DNA of 64,000 bases from Negaprion brevirostris (Eukaryota), in NCBI GenBank assembly GCA_030324005.1, contig JARDVH010000150.1:23565882-23629881 (forward strand). The letters are read 5' to 3'. The notes beneath the pieces are model-generated. The model saw nothing but the letters and a program-made list of their open reading frames with translations. It made no database searches and was not told the DNA's origin. Positions 1-13,500 of the stretch are shown in pieces (position 1 is the first letter of the stretch; every line of letters starts with the position of its first letter). Made by a program: the position numbers and the translations under genes.

Positions 1-933
1 GAGCAGCCCTCGCACGACCCACCGCGTGTATGCCCCTTGTTGGACAACAAGGCGGACCGAAGCACCTGTGGATTAAACTAAATGCTCAGGAGGCACCAGA
101 GAGACTGTGGTGGACACAGATAGGTTCAACTCAGGACCAGGGATGAGATTCAGTATCATGGACTCGGGGACAGGTGTTGCTTGCAGGACTCACCTTCCCT
201 TCATGTCGGGGCAGCTCTTGCTATAAAGGAATTTAAAAGCTGGCATGCAGGCAGCGTTTCCATTGCTGCCTGGCTGGGCCTGTGTCCAAAATGCTGCTGG
301 AGTAGTGCACTTGTCTAGTGGAAGCTGAAAAACGGCTGGTAGGAGGTGAATACAGAGGATCAGCAAAATGAGGTACCTGTGTGAGGTTCCATGAGGGGGC
401 AGAATACAGGTCAGAGTGGGACTTGAAGGAATGGAATGCATTTGTGACCTTATGGCATGAAAACCCTACCACTGGGTGGGGAGGGGGGGCGGCGAGTGCA
501 GTGTGATTTGAACCCGATATTCACGCAGCACTGTGAGGACAAAGGGATTAAGCTGCCTGGAAATTCAATCCACTTGTCAGGGAAGTTAGACTGTCAGGAT
601 TTGGTGTTGCCCGTGGCTGATGGAAGGCTTGTCAACTCTGCAATCCTTATGACCTGAGAGACTGAGGGTCCCCTCTTAGGATGTGCTTGATATGTTGCTT
701 GCAGTTTTCACACAAATCAGCTGTGCCTCAACAGCCAGAAGAAGCGATCAGCATCCTGATCAGAAACCCCAATCCTTGGCTAGTTAATGGTGCCAATGAA
801 TGAAGCTAAGTTCTTCAACTTTTGGAAGAGATTGCCTTTAGCTGCCCTCTTGTGTCGTTCATTGTCTCTCTGCCATTTTCCTACCAAAATGAGTCACTTC
901 ATACTTCTCTGCTTTGTCCAAATCAGAAGCTAC
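1..933 (-). pseudogene. Decayed exon (most 3' in window)
   Basis: Acceptor ctttctttag|GTA, phase 0, matches exon 1930-2125. After removing a 52-bp insert it reads VASDLDNERHKRAAKGNLFQKLKNLASFIGTIN*PRIGVSDQDADRFFWLLRHS*FV*KLQATY... Possible GTGAGT donor at 193, or it continues past the window start. Confidence 0.65.
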
Positions 934-1929
934 CTAAAGAAAGGCCAGTCTAATATAAGGCAAATAGACAGATAAGTATAAGAGAATTTAAAGAGGCAAA
1001 CCATATTGATTGTATATAGTGATGCCACCATTCTGGGCCAGAATGGAGAAGATTGGGCAATTTCACTTGCATACAAACCTGAGGAGCGCATTGCTATTAA
1101 TGAATTGGACTGACTGTAAACAGATTATGAGTGGAATTTAATGCCCTACCCATGGTGAGTTTGGTGGTGGGTAAATCAAATTGGGCAGAATGGTGGCAGC
1201 TGAAGACCCCATTGCCTTTGCCTCAATTAAGTCCGGGGCATGGAGGTATCTGAGTTGTCTTCCCACCTGACTGCCAATTTAATTAAGACCTCATCCAGTT
1301 CTCATTACCCAGCAGAGGGCGGGACACTGGCCATGTGGAAAGCCCGAGAAGTAATCCTTGGATGCAGGACCTCATCTGAGTGCACTCCATGTTTTTGGTG
1401 CTGACTCCTCTAGCTCGCAACTCCTAACCCTGTGACCTGTTATCCCCCATCACTCACCTATGCCTGGCGCCCTCTGTGTTCTTGGACCTCAGGTGGATGT
1501 AGTACCAATGGCTGCCACACATGCAGGTGGCGCAATTGAGCAATGTAGAGCTGATTGGTGGCAGTTGTTTGTTCGTGGCATATCTGCCCTCAGAACCCTT
1601 CACCTCAGGGAAGGTGTGCCACTGTCCAGTTAAGCATTTGATCAGTCTTCCTGAAAAGACGGTATTTGGGGTTCTCTCGGGCTGGTGCGCCCGAAGGGAA
1701 TCCCTCACTGCCTCCATTGACTACCATGCAGTGTTTATGTAACTGTATTCTTGCTGGAGAAATAATCAATTTGTTTTATGTGCTCAAATATCTCAAAGCA
1801 AGGTCAGACTGTAGGAAAATTAGAGCATAAGCAAAGACCAGGAAGCCTGAATCAGGATAAGACCATTTAGCTTTTCAACAATCAATCTACTGTAATCATT
1901 CAACCATCATAGCATTCTATATTCCACAC

Positions 1930-2125
1930 CTGCCTTAGGAATACACAACTGATCTCCATTATTCAAACAAATTGCTTTCCACAGATAATATTTCCAGTGG
2001 AGGACCTGACGCTCAGACAGGTAGAAAGAAAATCAATGAGAAAAGGTGAGATTGACAAGGCACAGGTCTTCTTCAGTTTAAACTCACTTCTAATAATTCC
2101 AGGAGTCAGATGTAAAGAAACAGTG
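1930..2125 (-). pseudogene. Decayed exon
   Basis: tgtag|C...CAG|gtgtgg; 196 nt = 1+65 codons (phase 2 to 0). (S)TVSLHLTPGIIRSEFKLKKTCALSISPFLIDFLSTCLSVRSSTGNIICGKQFV*IMEISCVFLRQ; one TGA. Confidence 0.75.
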
Positions 2126-2283
2126 CTACATTACATGTTATAAAGTAAAGTAAAGCAAAACAAAACCACAAGCATGTGGTGAACACAAACAGATCTCAAC
2201 CAGGACAGTGAAATAACTGACCCACTCAGGGGCCTGCTTTATCCAGGGCTCAGTATAGGAGCACCACCTGGTGAGTTAATTAC

Positions 2284-2910
2284 CTATCACCAAGGAGTTT
2301 GCATTCAATGAGTCCTACAAGCAGGTCAATCAATGATTCTCCGGGCAGGTCCTGGGGGATTATCACGTTACTAATGCCACCCCAATCATTATTTTGCATC
2401 GCAGTTCTGCTGGAAAGGCAGTTTCTTATTGTGAATCTGACTAGATTCATTATGGCAAATTCAGGTTTTGTTGGAAGATTCAGCCACATTCCTATGACAC
2501 GTTCGTCTGCAAATGCGGCGTTACATCCTGGGGTTTTTGATAACTTAACTCAGGAAGGACCTTGTGTTGAGTGTAAGCAAAATCCATGTCCCTTCACCAT
2601 TCCAAAATTCAGGGCTATTTCAGAAAAACGCCATGGGGGGCTGCTAGGCTCCATTGGGAATTTATGTACACAGAGTTGGCATAAACTTCAATGTGGGCCT
2701 ACTATACAGTTCAAGATCACCAAAGACAAGGAATAATCTGTTTGTTTGCTCCATTTGGAGCAGAAGAAAAATGTGTGTACATTATTCACAGCCCTTCTGG
2801 GGTTCAAGCTTCTATCATTGGAGTGATTGGCTGCCACCCTGAGTTTCCACTGGTGAAATACTGCAGGTATCTCTGATGAACCCTAAAGGCATGGGCCACC
2901 CATCCCAATT
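2284..2910 (-). pseudogene. Decayed exon
   Basis: attttcag|AA...GATAG|gtaatt (phase 1 to 2). ELGWVAHAFRVHQRYLQYFTSGNSGWQPITPMIEA*TPEGL*IMYTHFSSAPNGAN/RLFLVFGDLELYSRPTLKFMPTLC/VHKFPMEPSSPPWRFSEIALNFGMVKG...LIDLLVGLIECKLLGD. A +4 (AAAC duplication) and a -2 indel exactly account for the length. Confidence 0.75.
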
Positions 2911-3439
2911 CTGAAAATCACCCCAGCCCTGGTCTTTGGAATCAGTTTTACACTGACGGCTGTGAACAATCAAGAGTCCTCATTCACCAAAATTCTAGTA
3001 CGGGAGCTGGGACATTGAAACTTCAAGGCCACAGTCTCCAATAGTACAAATTTAAGCCGTATTTCTTATGGCGTTCTTATTGTTTTCTTTATAGAAGAAT
3101 GTAAATTTTTAGAGATTATCAAAATTGTGAATTCTTTGATGTAGAATCAGTGTTTGAAATAGCTTCAACTACTGGAATGCAATGTAATAGTTAAATTAGT
3201 GATACACAAAACAACAATCTTCTCCATGGTATGGTCAAGCACAATTTTTATCAGCTAACTGTAAGAGGTATTCAGGTGGAACACTCCATGGGTATGGGGC
3301 AAAAAGGGTGTATCCGGGACAGTTCCACATTGAGCAAGTGACAAGGGATATTTTCATATGGCCCATCCACTGCATCATCTTTGTCAAAGAGCAACTACAC
3401 TTAAGCAACTAAACCTTCATAAAATAAAGTGAGAAATAC

Positions 3440-3640
3440 CTGTGTTTGTCATGTCATGAAGACGTGCTTTGNNNNNNNNNNNNNNNNNNNNNNNNNNNNN
3501 NNNNNNNNNNNNNNNNNNNNNNNNNNNNNNNNNNNNNNNNNNNNAGTTAAAGTGACTTGAACTCACAACAATGATGGCCAACCCCAATTTGCATGACGGT
3601 GCATTCTTCATTCGAAGTCATTGGAGTGGAGTCAGTCTGT
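3440..3640 (-). pseudogene. Decayed exon (contains N gap)
   Basis: gttttgcag|AC...ACAG|gtattt, phase 1 to 1. (D)RLTPLQ*LRMKNAPSCKLGLAIIVVSSSHFN...KARLHDMTNT. Confidence 0.65.
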
Positions 3641-4732
3641 CTGCAAAACCCATCAAAAGACAATGGCAGGGATCTTACGACCTCGTTGGGCAAGGCTTAT
3701 AAACTCCTGTTCGAGGCCAATGGAGAATTCTGTTCTGCGAGCCAGTAAAATTCCGGCAAATGACTTCAGGGAAGTGTGAATGACGTGCCATATCCTAGCT
3801 TATTAATAAGTATCTATGGCAATCACCTGGGGTATTCAATTCAAGATGGGTTAGTAAGAGTAGTCACTTGGACTAATGCACCCCTGGCAAGTTCACTTCC
3901 AAACACGAGCTGACCAAATACTCTCCACTTGCTGGATGAATGCAGCTGAATGAGTGCAGTTCCAGCAGCATTCAAGAAGATCAACAGGATCCAGGATAAA
4001 GCAGTCTACCTGATTTGCATCTCATTGTAGCACAGAATCCCCACAATGCAGAAGAAGGCTATTCGGCCCATCGAGTCTGAACCAACCCTCTGACAGACAT
4101 CTTACTCAGACTCTATCCCCGTACATTTACTATGGCTAATCCATCTAACCTATGCATGTTTGGACTGTGGGAGGAACCCAGAGCACCTGGAGGAAACACG
4201 CGTACATATGAGAATCACTTTAAAATGATTTTAAAAATTCACTTCCTCCACCGTTGATGCACAATGGCAGCAGTGGCACCATCTCCAAGGTTCACTGCAG
4301 CAATTCACCAAAGCTCCTTCAACAGCACTCTCCAAACTTGCAGCCTTTACCACCTAGAAGGAGAAGAATACCAAATGCGTGGGAACATCACCGCTTAGTT
4401 CTCCCTCCGAGACCTGCACCATCCTGACTTGAAACTAAGTCACCATTCCTTCATTGTCACTGGATCAAAACCTTTAAACTTCCTTCCTAACAACATGGTG
4501 GGTGTACCTACATCACAGACTACAGCAGTTCAAGAAGGCTGTTCACCACCTGCACTCTCAAGTGTAATTAGAAACGGGCAATAAATGTTGACCGATCTAG
4601 CAGCACCCACATCCCATGAATTCAAAAAAAGTGATCTTTGGTAAACAAGAAAAATAGATGGGGTTTTCTTGGCCTTGCTTGAGTGAGACTGGAAATTCCT
4701 GCCCGAGGTCATTTCCGTTGTCAGCCCCTCAC

Positions 4733-4782
4733 CCACTCAGGTTCCGTAGCGAGTTCCGGCGAATGTCTTTTTCAGAATTCCT
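4733..4782 (-). pseudogene. Small decayed exon
   Basis: 50 nt, phase 2 to 1, donor gtgagg, CpG-rich. GILKKTFAGTRYGT*V. Acceptor (ccaag) is weak. Confidence 0.5.
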
Positions 4783-5767
4783 CTTGGTGATTGGAGAAAA
4801 TAAATCACACGGTGGCATAATGGTTAGTACTGCTGCCTCACAGTGCCAGGGACTAGAGTTTGATTCATGGCTTGGGTCACAGTCTGTAGCTTCTTCCTGT
4901 GTCTGCAAGGGTTTCCTTTGGGTGCTCCATTTTCCTCCCACACTCTGAAAGATGTGCTGGTTATGTGCATTGGCTATGCTAAATTCTTCCTCATTGTACC
5001 TAAGCAGATGCCTGAGAGTGGCAACCAGAGGATTTCCATAGTAACTTCATTGCAATGTTAATGTAAGCCTACTTGTGACATAAATAAATTAATCTCTGTA
5101 TATTTTTAACACATTTTCTCAGCAGAACTGAGAGTAAGATGCTTAGGGAGAAAACTTAATGGTGGTCTCTGCTGCCTCCATTTTTTTTCAGTTCACCAGC
5201 TAAACTTTGAACTCTGACTGCGATCATCCAGAGATGCCCTTCTGTGGACAGAAATTTCCTAAAAGAATCCAAACCAACACTACCGTCTCCCGAATAAAAA
5301 CCAACTCGGCTATTGGAAACATTGAGATTGTGGAGCTCAGCTTGAAATCTGCTGAGTCATCAAATGACAGATTGTATACTCTTTAACTGCTTCTGAATGG
5401 ATTCCAATTTGGCCAATCTATCCTTCCCCACTCTGTAATCTGTATTTGTATGTGTGAATTTAATGTGCCTGTGTGCAATCCCAGATCAGTTTAAGTACAA
5501 TAAGGCTAACCTCTTCCTTTATTAAATTCAAGAAAACCTATTCTCTTGGTTCTTTCATGATCACATGAAATCCAACCACTGAACTGGGAAATATATCCTT
5601 TTCAAACAAAGAAATCTTGTTCCGGTCAATCCAGGAGAAGACAAAGAGGGAAGATATGCAACCCCTCCTCACCTTGCTATAATGAATGTGATAATTAATT
5701 CATTCCACCAAAGTGTTTTATTTAATCTAAACAACAGATACATGATTATATATTACAAGGCCAAGTT

Positions 5768-6060
5768 GTGGGCAACATGGTGGCACAGTGGTTAGCACTG
5801 CTGCCTCACCTGGGACCTGGACTCGATTCCTGGCTTGGGTCAGTGAGTAGAATTTGTATGTTCTCCCCGTGTCTGCACAGATTTCCTCTGGGTGCTCCGG
5901 TTTCCTCCCACAGTCTGAAAGACGTGCTGGTTAGGTGCATTGGCCGTGCTAAATACTCCCTCAGTGTACCCGAACAAGCACTGGAGTCTGGCGACTAGGA
6001 GTTTTTCACAGTAACTTCATTGCATTGTTAGTTTGACCCTACTTGTGACAATAATAAACT
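5768..6060 (+). mobile_element. tRNA-derived HE1/V-SINE-type SINE, tail type B
   Basis: Head tggcacagtggttagcactgctgcctcac, core gggtgctccggtttcctccca, tail ttttcacagtaacttcattgc...cttgtgaca.taataaa. Same type at 4810-5090, 9445-9740, 12020-12322, 20215-20470, 29858-30132, 32226-32369, 35103-35370 and 36370-36555. Confidence 0.85.
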
Positions 6061-6994
6061 TCAACTTTTGTTGGTTTTTCACAAAATCGCAAAAATGGGT
6101 TCAGACGATGAAATCCTTCACCTGTATTAATCACATCCTTCGAAGATAACTAACCAGCCTGCCAATTAAAGAAGCTACTATTGTGCAATTGATTTTGGAT
6201 GTTTCTTTTTGCCAGTTGTAACTATGTCCTCTCAGTGTCCAGAGAATCGTTCCAGCTGTTGATCACCCTCCGTGTAATGAAATAGCTCCTGACATCTGTA
6301 CTAATTGCTATTAACAAGCCTAAACGAATAATCTCTTATCCAATTACCCGGCAATGACACAAAGTATTACTTTCTCTGTCTGGTTAAACATCACCCCAAA
6401 AACACTCATCTCTCCAGACTGTAAAAAGATCCACAATATTGAATTACTGTGGATTTAGGCAGGACAACAGGAATGAGGTAAAATAACAAATAAAAATATA
6501 TTTATAAATCGCTTCCTCAAAGTGACTGTTTACAGGTGAACTCAATGAATGGAATTTCATGGCGCCTCTGGTTGGCAGGATTTTCCAGCCCAGTCAAAGT
6601 CAGTGGAATTTTAAACAGCCCGCTACATTTTCAGTCCCCATTCCCAACACAATGAATTGCAAAATTCCACTCCGTGTGTTTGTATGACATTCCAATACCC
6701 AACATTTTAGTGAAAGCAAAAAATATATAAAATAGATGAGCTGATGCCTGCCACAAAATAGCTGATATAATGTCACGTGTGTTGGACAAGATTCTCTGGC
6801 CTCCCAGCCGTGTGTTTCCCGCCGGAGGGAGGTGGCACATTGTTTGCTTGTGGCGGGATTTCCTGGTGCCGTCGCTGTCAATGGGAATTCCCACTGCCGT
6901 GTGGCAAACACACGACTGGGGTGCACTGCCGGTAGAACTGGATAATCCCGCTGGCGTGAACGGCTAGGGAATTCTGGACATTGTGTTCACCCAC

Positions 6995-7973
6995 TCTTAT
7001 AAAAAGTGAGTTTAGGCAAATGTTCAATAGGTTATTTATTTGTTAACAGAGTCTGTGAGTACTTCATAGTCCCAGATGACCATAGGCACTGGCTGGTGGC
7101 AATTTAACGTGAGGATCATCACACTTCAGGCAAGGGGGCAAAGTTGAGAAGGGAGGACTTCTGGGACTGAGTATCTGTATGAATTGGTGTACTGTGTAAT
7201 GAAGAATGTGTTTGTATTGTGATGTACACATAAGGATTCAATAAAGTAGATCTCTGAGAACCCCACAACAATAACTATCTGTATCTCAATCCTTCAAGAT
7301 GGAAAAGTGTCTAGGAAATCAATTATTATTCCAATTTCTACCCGAAAGAGCTTCTTCAGTGCATCAGCTCACAATGGAATCATAGATTCCATTAGAATGA
7401 ACTATAAACCAAATTTACCATCTTGGAAACAGGCCATTTGAATTTGGTCAAATGTTGTAACATTTTTTTAAAAAAGCGGTATTGCACATTTGCAACATGG
7501 TATTTTTTTTCATTCCTTTTATCCACTTGTGCTCTCATATTTCATAGTAACTCATTAAATGTCTCTACACTCCAATGCTTTGGGCTTCTGGGGTCAACAG
7601 CTAGATAGCAATGAGGGTTATGCAGTATTTTGAAACATATTTTTCGAGTAGCAAATGTGAGAAGTGATGTTCTGTGGTTTATAATGCACAGCATCCATTT
7701 TCCTGCGCGTATTTTAGTATCCAAGAGAACCACTTCAGCTGTTATTGAGTGTGGTACAGGGGAAGATATATCTAAGGTATTTGATCCCAGATATTATTCT
7801 GTGATGTTGGTGGACAAATATTTAGTAGTGGAGGGGTTAACCAATTTAAAATGGTTTCAGAAGTTCCAACTTTTTGAATTGAAATATTTTTATTTCTAGT
7901 ATTTTGGAATTATGTAAGCTCAACTTGCTTAATTCTTTTGGACAACTGTCTTCATTAATTCAAATACTCAATC
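6995..7973 (-). pseudogene. Decayed exon with ~90-bp repeat insertion
   Basis: ctttgcag|GA acceptor. ...AEVVLLDTKIRAGKWMLCIINHRTSLLTFATRKICFKILHNPHCYLAVDPRSPKHWSVETFNELL*... Insert 7066-7156 is flanked by ACTTC. Donor gtgggt, phase 2. Confidence 0.6.
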
Positions 7974-8876
7974 CTGCAAAGATTACTTTGAAACTAAAAG
8001 CATAATAAAACTATTGAATCCTCACATGCAGAAAGAGGCCATTTGGTCCATCGAATCTGCACCAACTCTCCGAAAGAGCATCCCATCCACACACTCTTCT
8101 CCTATCCCTGTAACCCTACGCATTTACTATGGCTAATTCAGCTAACCTTTTGACACTAAGAGACTACTTAGCATGGCCAATCCACCTAGCTTGCACATTT
8201 TTGGTTTGCGGGAGGCAATGGGAGCACCTGGAGGAAAACTACGCAGCTTCGGGAAGAACATGCAAACTCCACACAGAATCACCCAAGGCCAGAAGCCAAC
8301 CTGGGTCCCTGGCGTTCTGAGGCAGCAGTGCTAACCACTGTGCCACCATGCCACCCCAAGAGAGACAAAACATATATTAATGCCGAATAATCTCAGAAAG
8401 ATGCTCTTTGGCAAGAAGAAAAGCAGGCTTAACTTAATTAACAGAGTGACTAATTAATAGGGTAAATATATTGGGCCACGTGAATAGGGCCAGGGTGGGA
8501 TCGCGGTTGGTGCAGACTCAATGGGCCAAATGGCCTCCTTCTGCACTATAGGGATTTTATGATTCTAGCAGCTTCAAAAGAGAAGGAAGCGTTGGAAGCA
8601 CTCACATGCATGTTAATTCTCTTTCTCACTCCATAGATACTGCCTGACCTCCTGAGTGTTCCCCAAATGATGATTTTTACTTTGATTTTCCTGCATTTCC
8701 ACATTATGATACGTTGGTTTCATTTAAAGATTTGAGCCGGGATTTTCCAGCCATTCACGCCCCGCCACGGCTGCCTGCAGCCAAATCTCTGTTCACTGTG
8801 GTGGGACCAGAAAATCTCATTAGTGCAAACAGCCAGAAAATTCTGCCCTTGTGCTGTGTGCAGTTTTCTCCCATCC

Positions 8877-9306
8877 CTATTTGAGACTCCATTCAAGGAT
8901 GTTCTGATCCAACAGATGGGGAAGGTTGCAATTTATCCACGAGGGCAACATATCGTAATGTCATATTGCAACATATCGCAAAATGTCATAATAAAGGACG
9001 TGGTTTTTTCTCCCCCCATCTGGCTACCTGAGTTCTATTTTCACTCATTGCAGATTATATTGTCTTATATCTAACAAATGGATGAAGGATTGTTATGATC
9101 AAGGATCTGCTTGCTTAAAGTTAGAGGTCAATGATGGAGGCACCATAACATTTAGAATTCCTATCTTGAATAACAACTGTTGACCCACTTACATAATTGG
9201 CTTTTTNNNNNNNNNNNNNNNNNNNNNNNNNNNNNNNNNNNNNNNNNNNNNNNNNNNNNNGTAGAAGTTGTGCGCCGATAATGCCACCACGAGAGAAACA
9301 TGGCAT
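8877..9306 (-). pseudogene. Decayed exon (N gap, 23-bp tandem duplication, degenerate GG donor)
   Basis: ttctcag|AT, phase 1. (D)AMFLSWWHYRRTTS...VGQQLLFKIGILNVMVPPSLTSNFKQADP...YYDILRYVALVDKLQPSPSVGSEHP*MESQI. Confidence 0.55.
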
Positions 9307-10252
9307 CTGAGAACTGAGTAAGCAGGATAAACAACTGTGTCTCTTCCTAACAAATCTGTTTAAAGGTATGTGAAATTAATGGCACAGAGGCTAAGAAGGA
9401 AGCATCAAATAGAGTGGGCGAGAGAAGGACTAGAGATTAGTTTAGTTTATTTATCAGAGTCACAAATAGGCTTACATTAACATTGCAGTGGAGTTACTGT
9501 GAAAATCCCCTAGTCACCACACTCTGTCGCCTGTTCAGGTGCACTGAGGGAGAATTTAACATGGCCAATGCACTAGCCAGCACTTCTTTTGTACTGTGGG
9601 AGGAAACTGGAGTACCTGGAAGAAACCCACGCAGACACAGGAAGAACATGCAAACCCCGCAAAGACAGTGACCCAAGACAGAATCAAACCCAGGTCCCTG
9701 GCTGTGTGAGACAGCAGTGCTAACCACTGTGCCATTGTGCCACAGAGGATAGTTAAAAAAAAGTTTATGCTTTTAAATTCCCTGACACTTAACACCAGAA
9801 TGAATGAGACTCAACACTTGTGATGGTATTTATTTTGTATTCCAGAAATTAACTTTATCACACATTAAAAGGAATTGACTGGGAGTGCCACTGAAATGGA
9901 CAGTTTAGTTTTTTGTGATGTGTTTGCTTCATATTTACAGTGCAAATACTTCATACCATGCAACGCATTTCAGCAGCGGGAAATGATGCTGTTTTTGTAA
10001 AGCCAATGGTGAACCAGAGCAACTTGGTCAGCAACTTTTAGATTTCCACCTTTAGCCACCATTCTGCCAGAAGTTGCTGCAAACTTTGTGCCAGTAACTT
10101 CAACATTACTTTGACAGTCTATCAGCATTCACTGAGAAAATCAAACCATTGATTTCTTCATAGCTTTCTAAGTTCTTTCACGCCCACCATAACTAACCAG
10201 GAACTGCGCAGACATAAATAAATGTAACACAAATGATATACTTTTTTCTCAC

Positions 10253-10557
10253 CAGGGGCTGCTTTGTTGTTCTCACATGCACGTAAAGGTGATTAGGCTG
10301 CTCATTCTGAGTGACAGCAGTTGGCTGGAGTCTTGAGATCCCAAACTAAGCCATCGTAATACAATGCATGTTCTTTAAACATTGTGGGTGGAATTTTTCT
10401 GTCCCACTTGCCATGGGAATTGTAGTGGGTGGGGGTGGACCATGCAAAGATCCGTTGATCTCGGGCAGCTTGGGGCGAGCATGGCCTGAAAATCCCACCC
10501 TGTGACTTTACTTAACATATTATCTTCCTCAGGGGCTCTTTAATGGAAAACTAGATC
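10253..10557 (-). pseudogene. Decayed exon interrupted by MITE
   Basis: gtttag|GAT...CCTG|gtgaga (phase 0 to 1). Removing MITE 10386-10500 plus one TSD gives DLVFH*RAPEEDNMLSKVTMFKEHALYYDGLVWDLKTPANCCHSE*AA*SPLRACENNKAAP. Confidence 0.7.
10386..10500. mobile_element. ~115-bp MITE with 12-bp TIRs and 3-bp TSD (PIF/Harbinger-like)
   Basis: gggtggaatttt...aaaatcccaccc flanked by TGT/TGT. Relatives at 3665-3757, 6785-6980, 8735-8848, 17650-17762, 23043-23157, 25627-25740, 38031-38169, 38973-39071, 44852-44972, 51764-51884 and 51970-52102. Confidence 0.75.
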
Positions 10558-13500
10558 CTAAACCGTATAAGCAATTTACCTTTATATTTAATTTACACAA
10601 AATATCTTCAACAACCTTATACTCATATCATAGAATGGTTACAGCAGAGGGTGACTTCTAGGCCTATCATGTCAATGCTGGTTCCCTGCAAGAGAAACTC
10701 AGCTAGTCTCACTTCCCTACCCGTTCTCCCCTTTAGGTGCTTATTCAGTTCCCTTTTGAAAGCTATGCTTGAATTTGGCTCCATCCTACATTCAAACAAA
10801 GCCTCCCAGATCCTAACCACTCACTGTCTAAAAATGACTTTCCTCAGGTTCATTTTTAATTTCTTTTGCTATTCAACTTGTCTAGATGCCATCTGGCTCC
10901 TGACCCTTCCAGCGATGTGAACAATGGCTATGATTGTCCCATTGCAACCTACAATTTTTCTGTGGCCTTGAGCAGGATTTGTGCATGTGCCATGAACACA
11001 TGCGCATCTCCCAGCACCGGCAAACAGTTGCCAGTCAGACCACACTGAAAACCTGCAGGAATGCAGGTAAGTAATTTAAATCTGTCTTTAATCTGTTTCG
11101 AATATGTATGCTAGTTAATTATCGGGACCTTTCAGGTCCCAATTGAATCTCCCAACGCACAAGGAGTCTTCATTCTGTTTGGGGAACTAGTGGGAGACCA
11201 CAACACAATGAAGGGGGGCAATCAGGACCCCCCAGGGTGTTGAGTGGTGGTGGGGACTTTGTAAATGTTCATTAGAGAAGGGAATAGAGTGAAATTCAGT
11301 TGGAGTTAAATAAGGGAGGAGGCTTGAGTGGAGAATCAATGCTGGGCTGTTTAGGAGTAATGGCCTGAGTCTGTACTGTATAATCTATATAAAATTGCAA
11401 AGGAACATTCAGCACATGGCGAAAAGTGATAAGCTGTAAGTGAAAAGCTGCAATTTATACAAACATGGACCAAATTGCAAGTCACAGAAACAATCTGACA
11501 GCCTTGGGATACATCAAAAACTAACTGACACTCAGGGGAGGCCGGGTGAATGTCAAGAATAATAAAAAATCAGATTCTCACAGACAGAAGTCGCAGGTAG
11601 GTGGAGTTGAGTCTGAGATGGGATTGGTCATGATCGTATTAAACCTCCAGGCTCGAGGGGCTGAATTGCCAACTCCTGCTCATAGTTCTTATGATTCTGA
11701 TGAAATGCACAAATTTGTTCTTGAAATCAACAACAAAAGTTAACAACATTGCTGGTCAAATGCAAGACACGAAGTCACTTCCAATCCTGGAAGAAAACTA
11801 TACATTCAGAAGCTGAATCTGAGAAAAAGGCACTTTTGACAATATAAATGAGTTCTTATAAGAAATGAATAGAACATGGATAGAAGGAATGAGGTGGATA
11901 TTGTATATGAGGATTAAAAATATATACTTGATACGGCATCACCAAGGATGTATGTTGATAAGATTAAACTCACAGCACAAATGGAGTGAGACAATATAAT
12001 GTTATGATCTTAAGTCTTCTAAAGTTTATTTATCAGTGTTACAAGTAGGCTTACATTAACACTGCAATTAAGTTACTGTGAAGATCCCCTCGTCGTCACA
12101 CTCTGGTGCCTGTTTGGATATACTGAGGGAGAATTTAGCATGGCCACTGCACCTAACCAGCATATCTTTTGGACTGTGAGAGGAAACCAGAGCACCTGGA
12201 GGAAACCCAAGAAGACACAAGAGAACTTGTAGGCTTCACACAGATAGTGACCCAAGCCAGGAATCAAACCCAGGTCCTAAGCGCTATGAGGCAGTAGTGC
12301 TAACCACTGTGCCACCGTGCTGCTCCATAAAAATGTAGGTGAAATCTAAGATCCTATTTATTTACTGAAAGAATAAAAACCAAAAATTTCATGGTTTGTA
12401 GCAGAAGAATTTTTACTATGCAAGAATGAAACAAAGTGTTAGACTTCACTTCTTTGGCACAATTGTTTATGGAAGAAAAGGGATTGGTTTAGGTTAGTGG
12501 GTCATTGTTTTTTAACTGGTCGGCGCAACATCGTGGGCTGAAGGGCCTGTTCTGCGCTGTAATGTTCTATGTTCTATGTTCTATGTTCTAACTAATGAGG
12601 TCTACATTATGAAATTGTATTGTACACAAGCTTAACAATGAAAACTTTTCATTTGTAAGTATTATTGGGACAATTTGTGAATTGTGGTTAATGTTGTTAA
12701 GTCTTAAAAGTTGGCATTTCTGTAAGTGCTCCTAGCTTCTCCTAGCTAGGAGCACTCTTTCCATTGGTGAGGTATTTCAAATATTGGGTTAGAACTTGTT
12801 AGCTTTGTTGATTCAAGTGCACTTGAGTTAAATATTCCAAAGATATAAAAATAATGGTACATCACTGAGGTCTTTGTACTTGGCATGAAGTAGCATTTGT
12901 CACGGGATACTTGCTTGGGCATTTGTCAGGAGAAAGAGTTATGAGTAGGACGCTTGCTATTAATTGCTATATTGGGTATTTGCATAGATAATTATCAGTG
13001 GAAGGATAATTGCCATAGTGGTTGCCATAAGCGCCCTGTATTATATTTAGTTAGTGACAAAATTATTTGTCATAAGCTGAGGGATAGAGGGAGAGCGAGG
13101 GAGGAGGAGGCAGGTGTGAAGTGCATGGCTTCAGCAGTTAAGGTGGACTGGGAGTGTGTGTATTGAAAACACAATGCACTAGAACTGATAATAGTCTCCT
13201 GATTATCATTGGGTATTTAACGTGGAATTTTCCCATAATCTGTCAGGGTGTCAAACCCTGACTGAAAACCAGTGTCTTTCAGACCAGAGTTTCTGGCACA
13301 CTGACAAAAGAAAATTTGGGGGTGTACTTTATGCTATCACTGTGGCAGGACCTGGAAGAGCTGGCAAGGCCGACTTCACTGAGATCGGGGCATCATCTTT
13401 AATGAGCATCCCGAACAGCCCTAAAAATAAACTTTTCACACCTCTCCCATGGATATGGAGGAGCGCCCACCCACACGGAGAAACACTCCCCCCATCACCA

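Noticed and set aside
2299-2736. 145-aa plus-strand ORF (also 22558-22908, 7630-7899, 30461-30751, 32944-33213)
   Set aside because: Antisense shadows of the minus-strand exons, with no splice or start context of their own.
4810-5090. SINE heads as tRNA genes
   Set aside because: The tRNA-like head continues into the SINE core and tail, and there is no complete cloverleaf.
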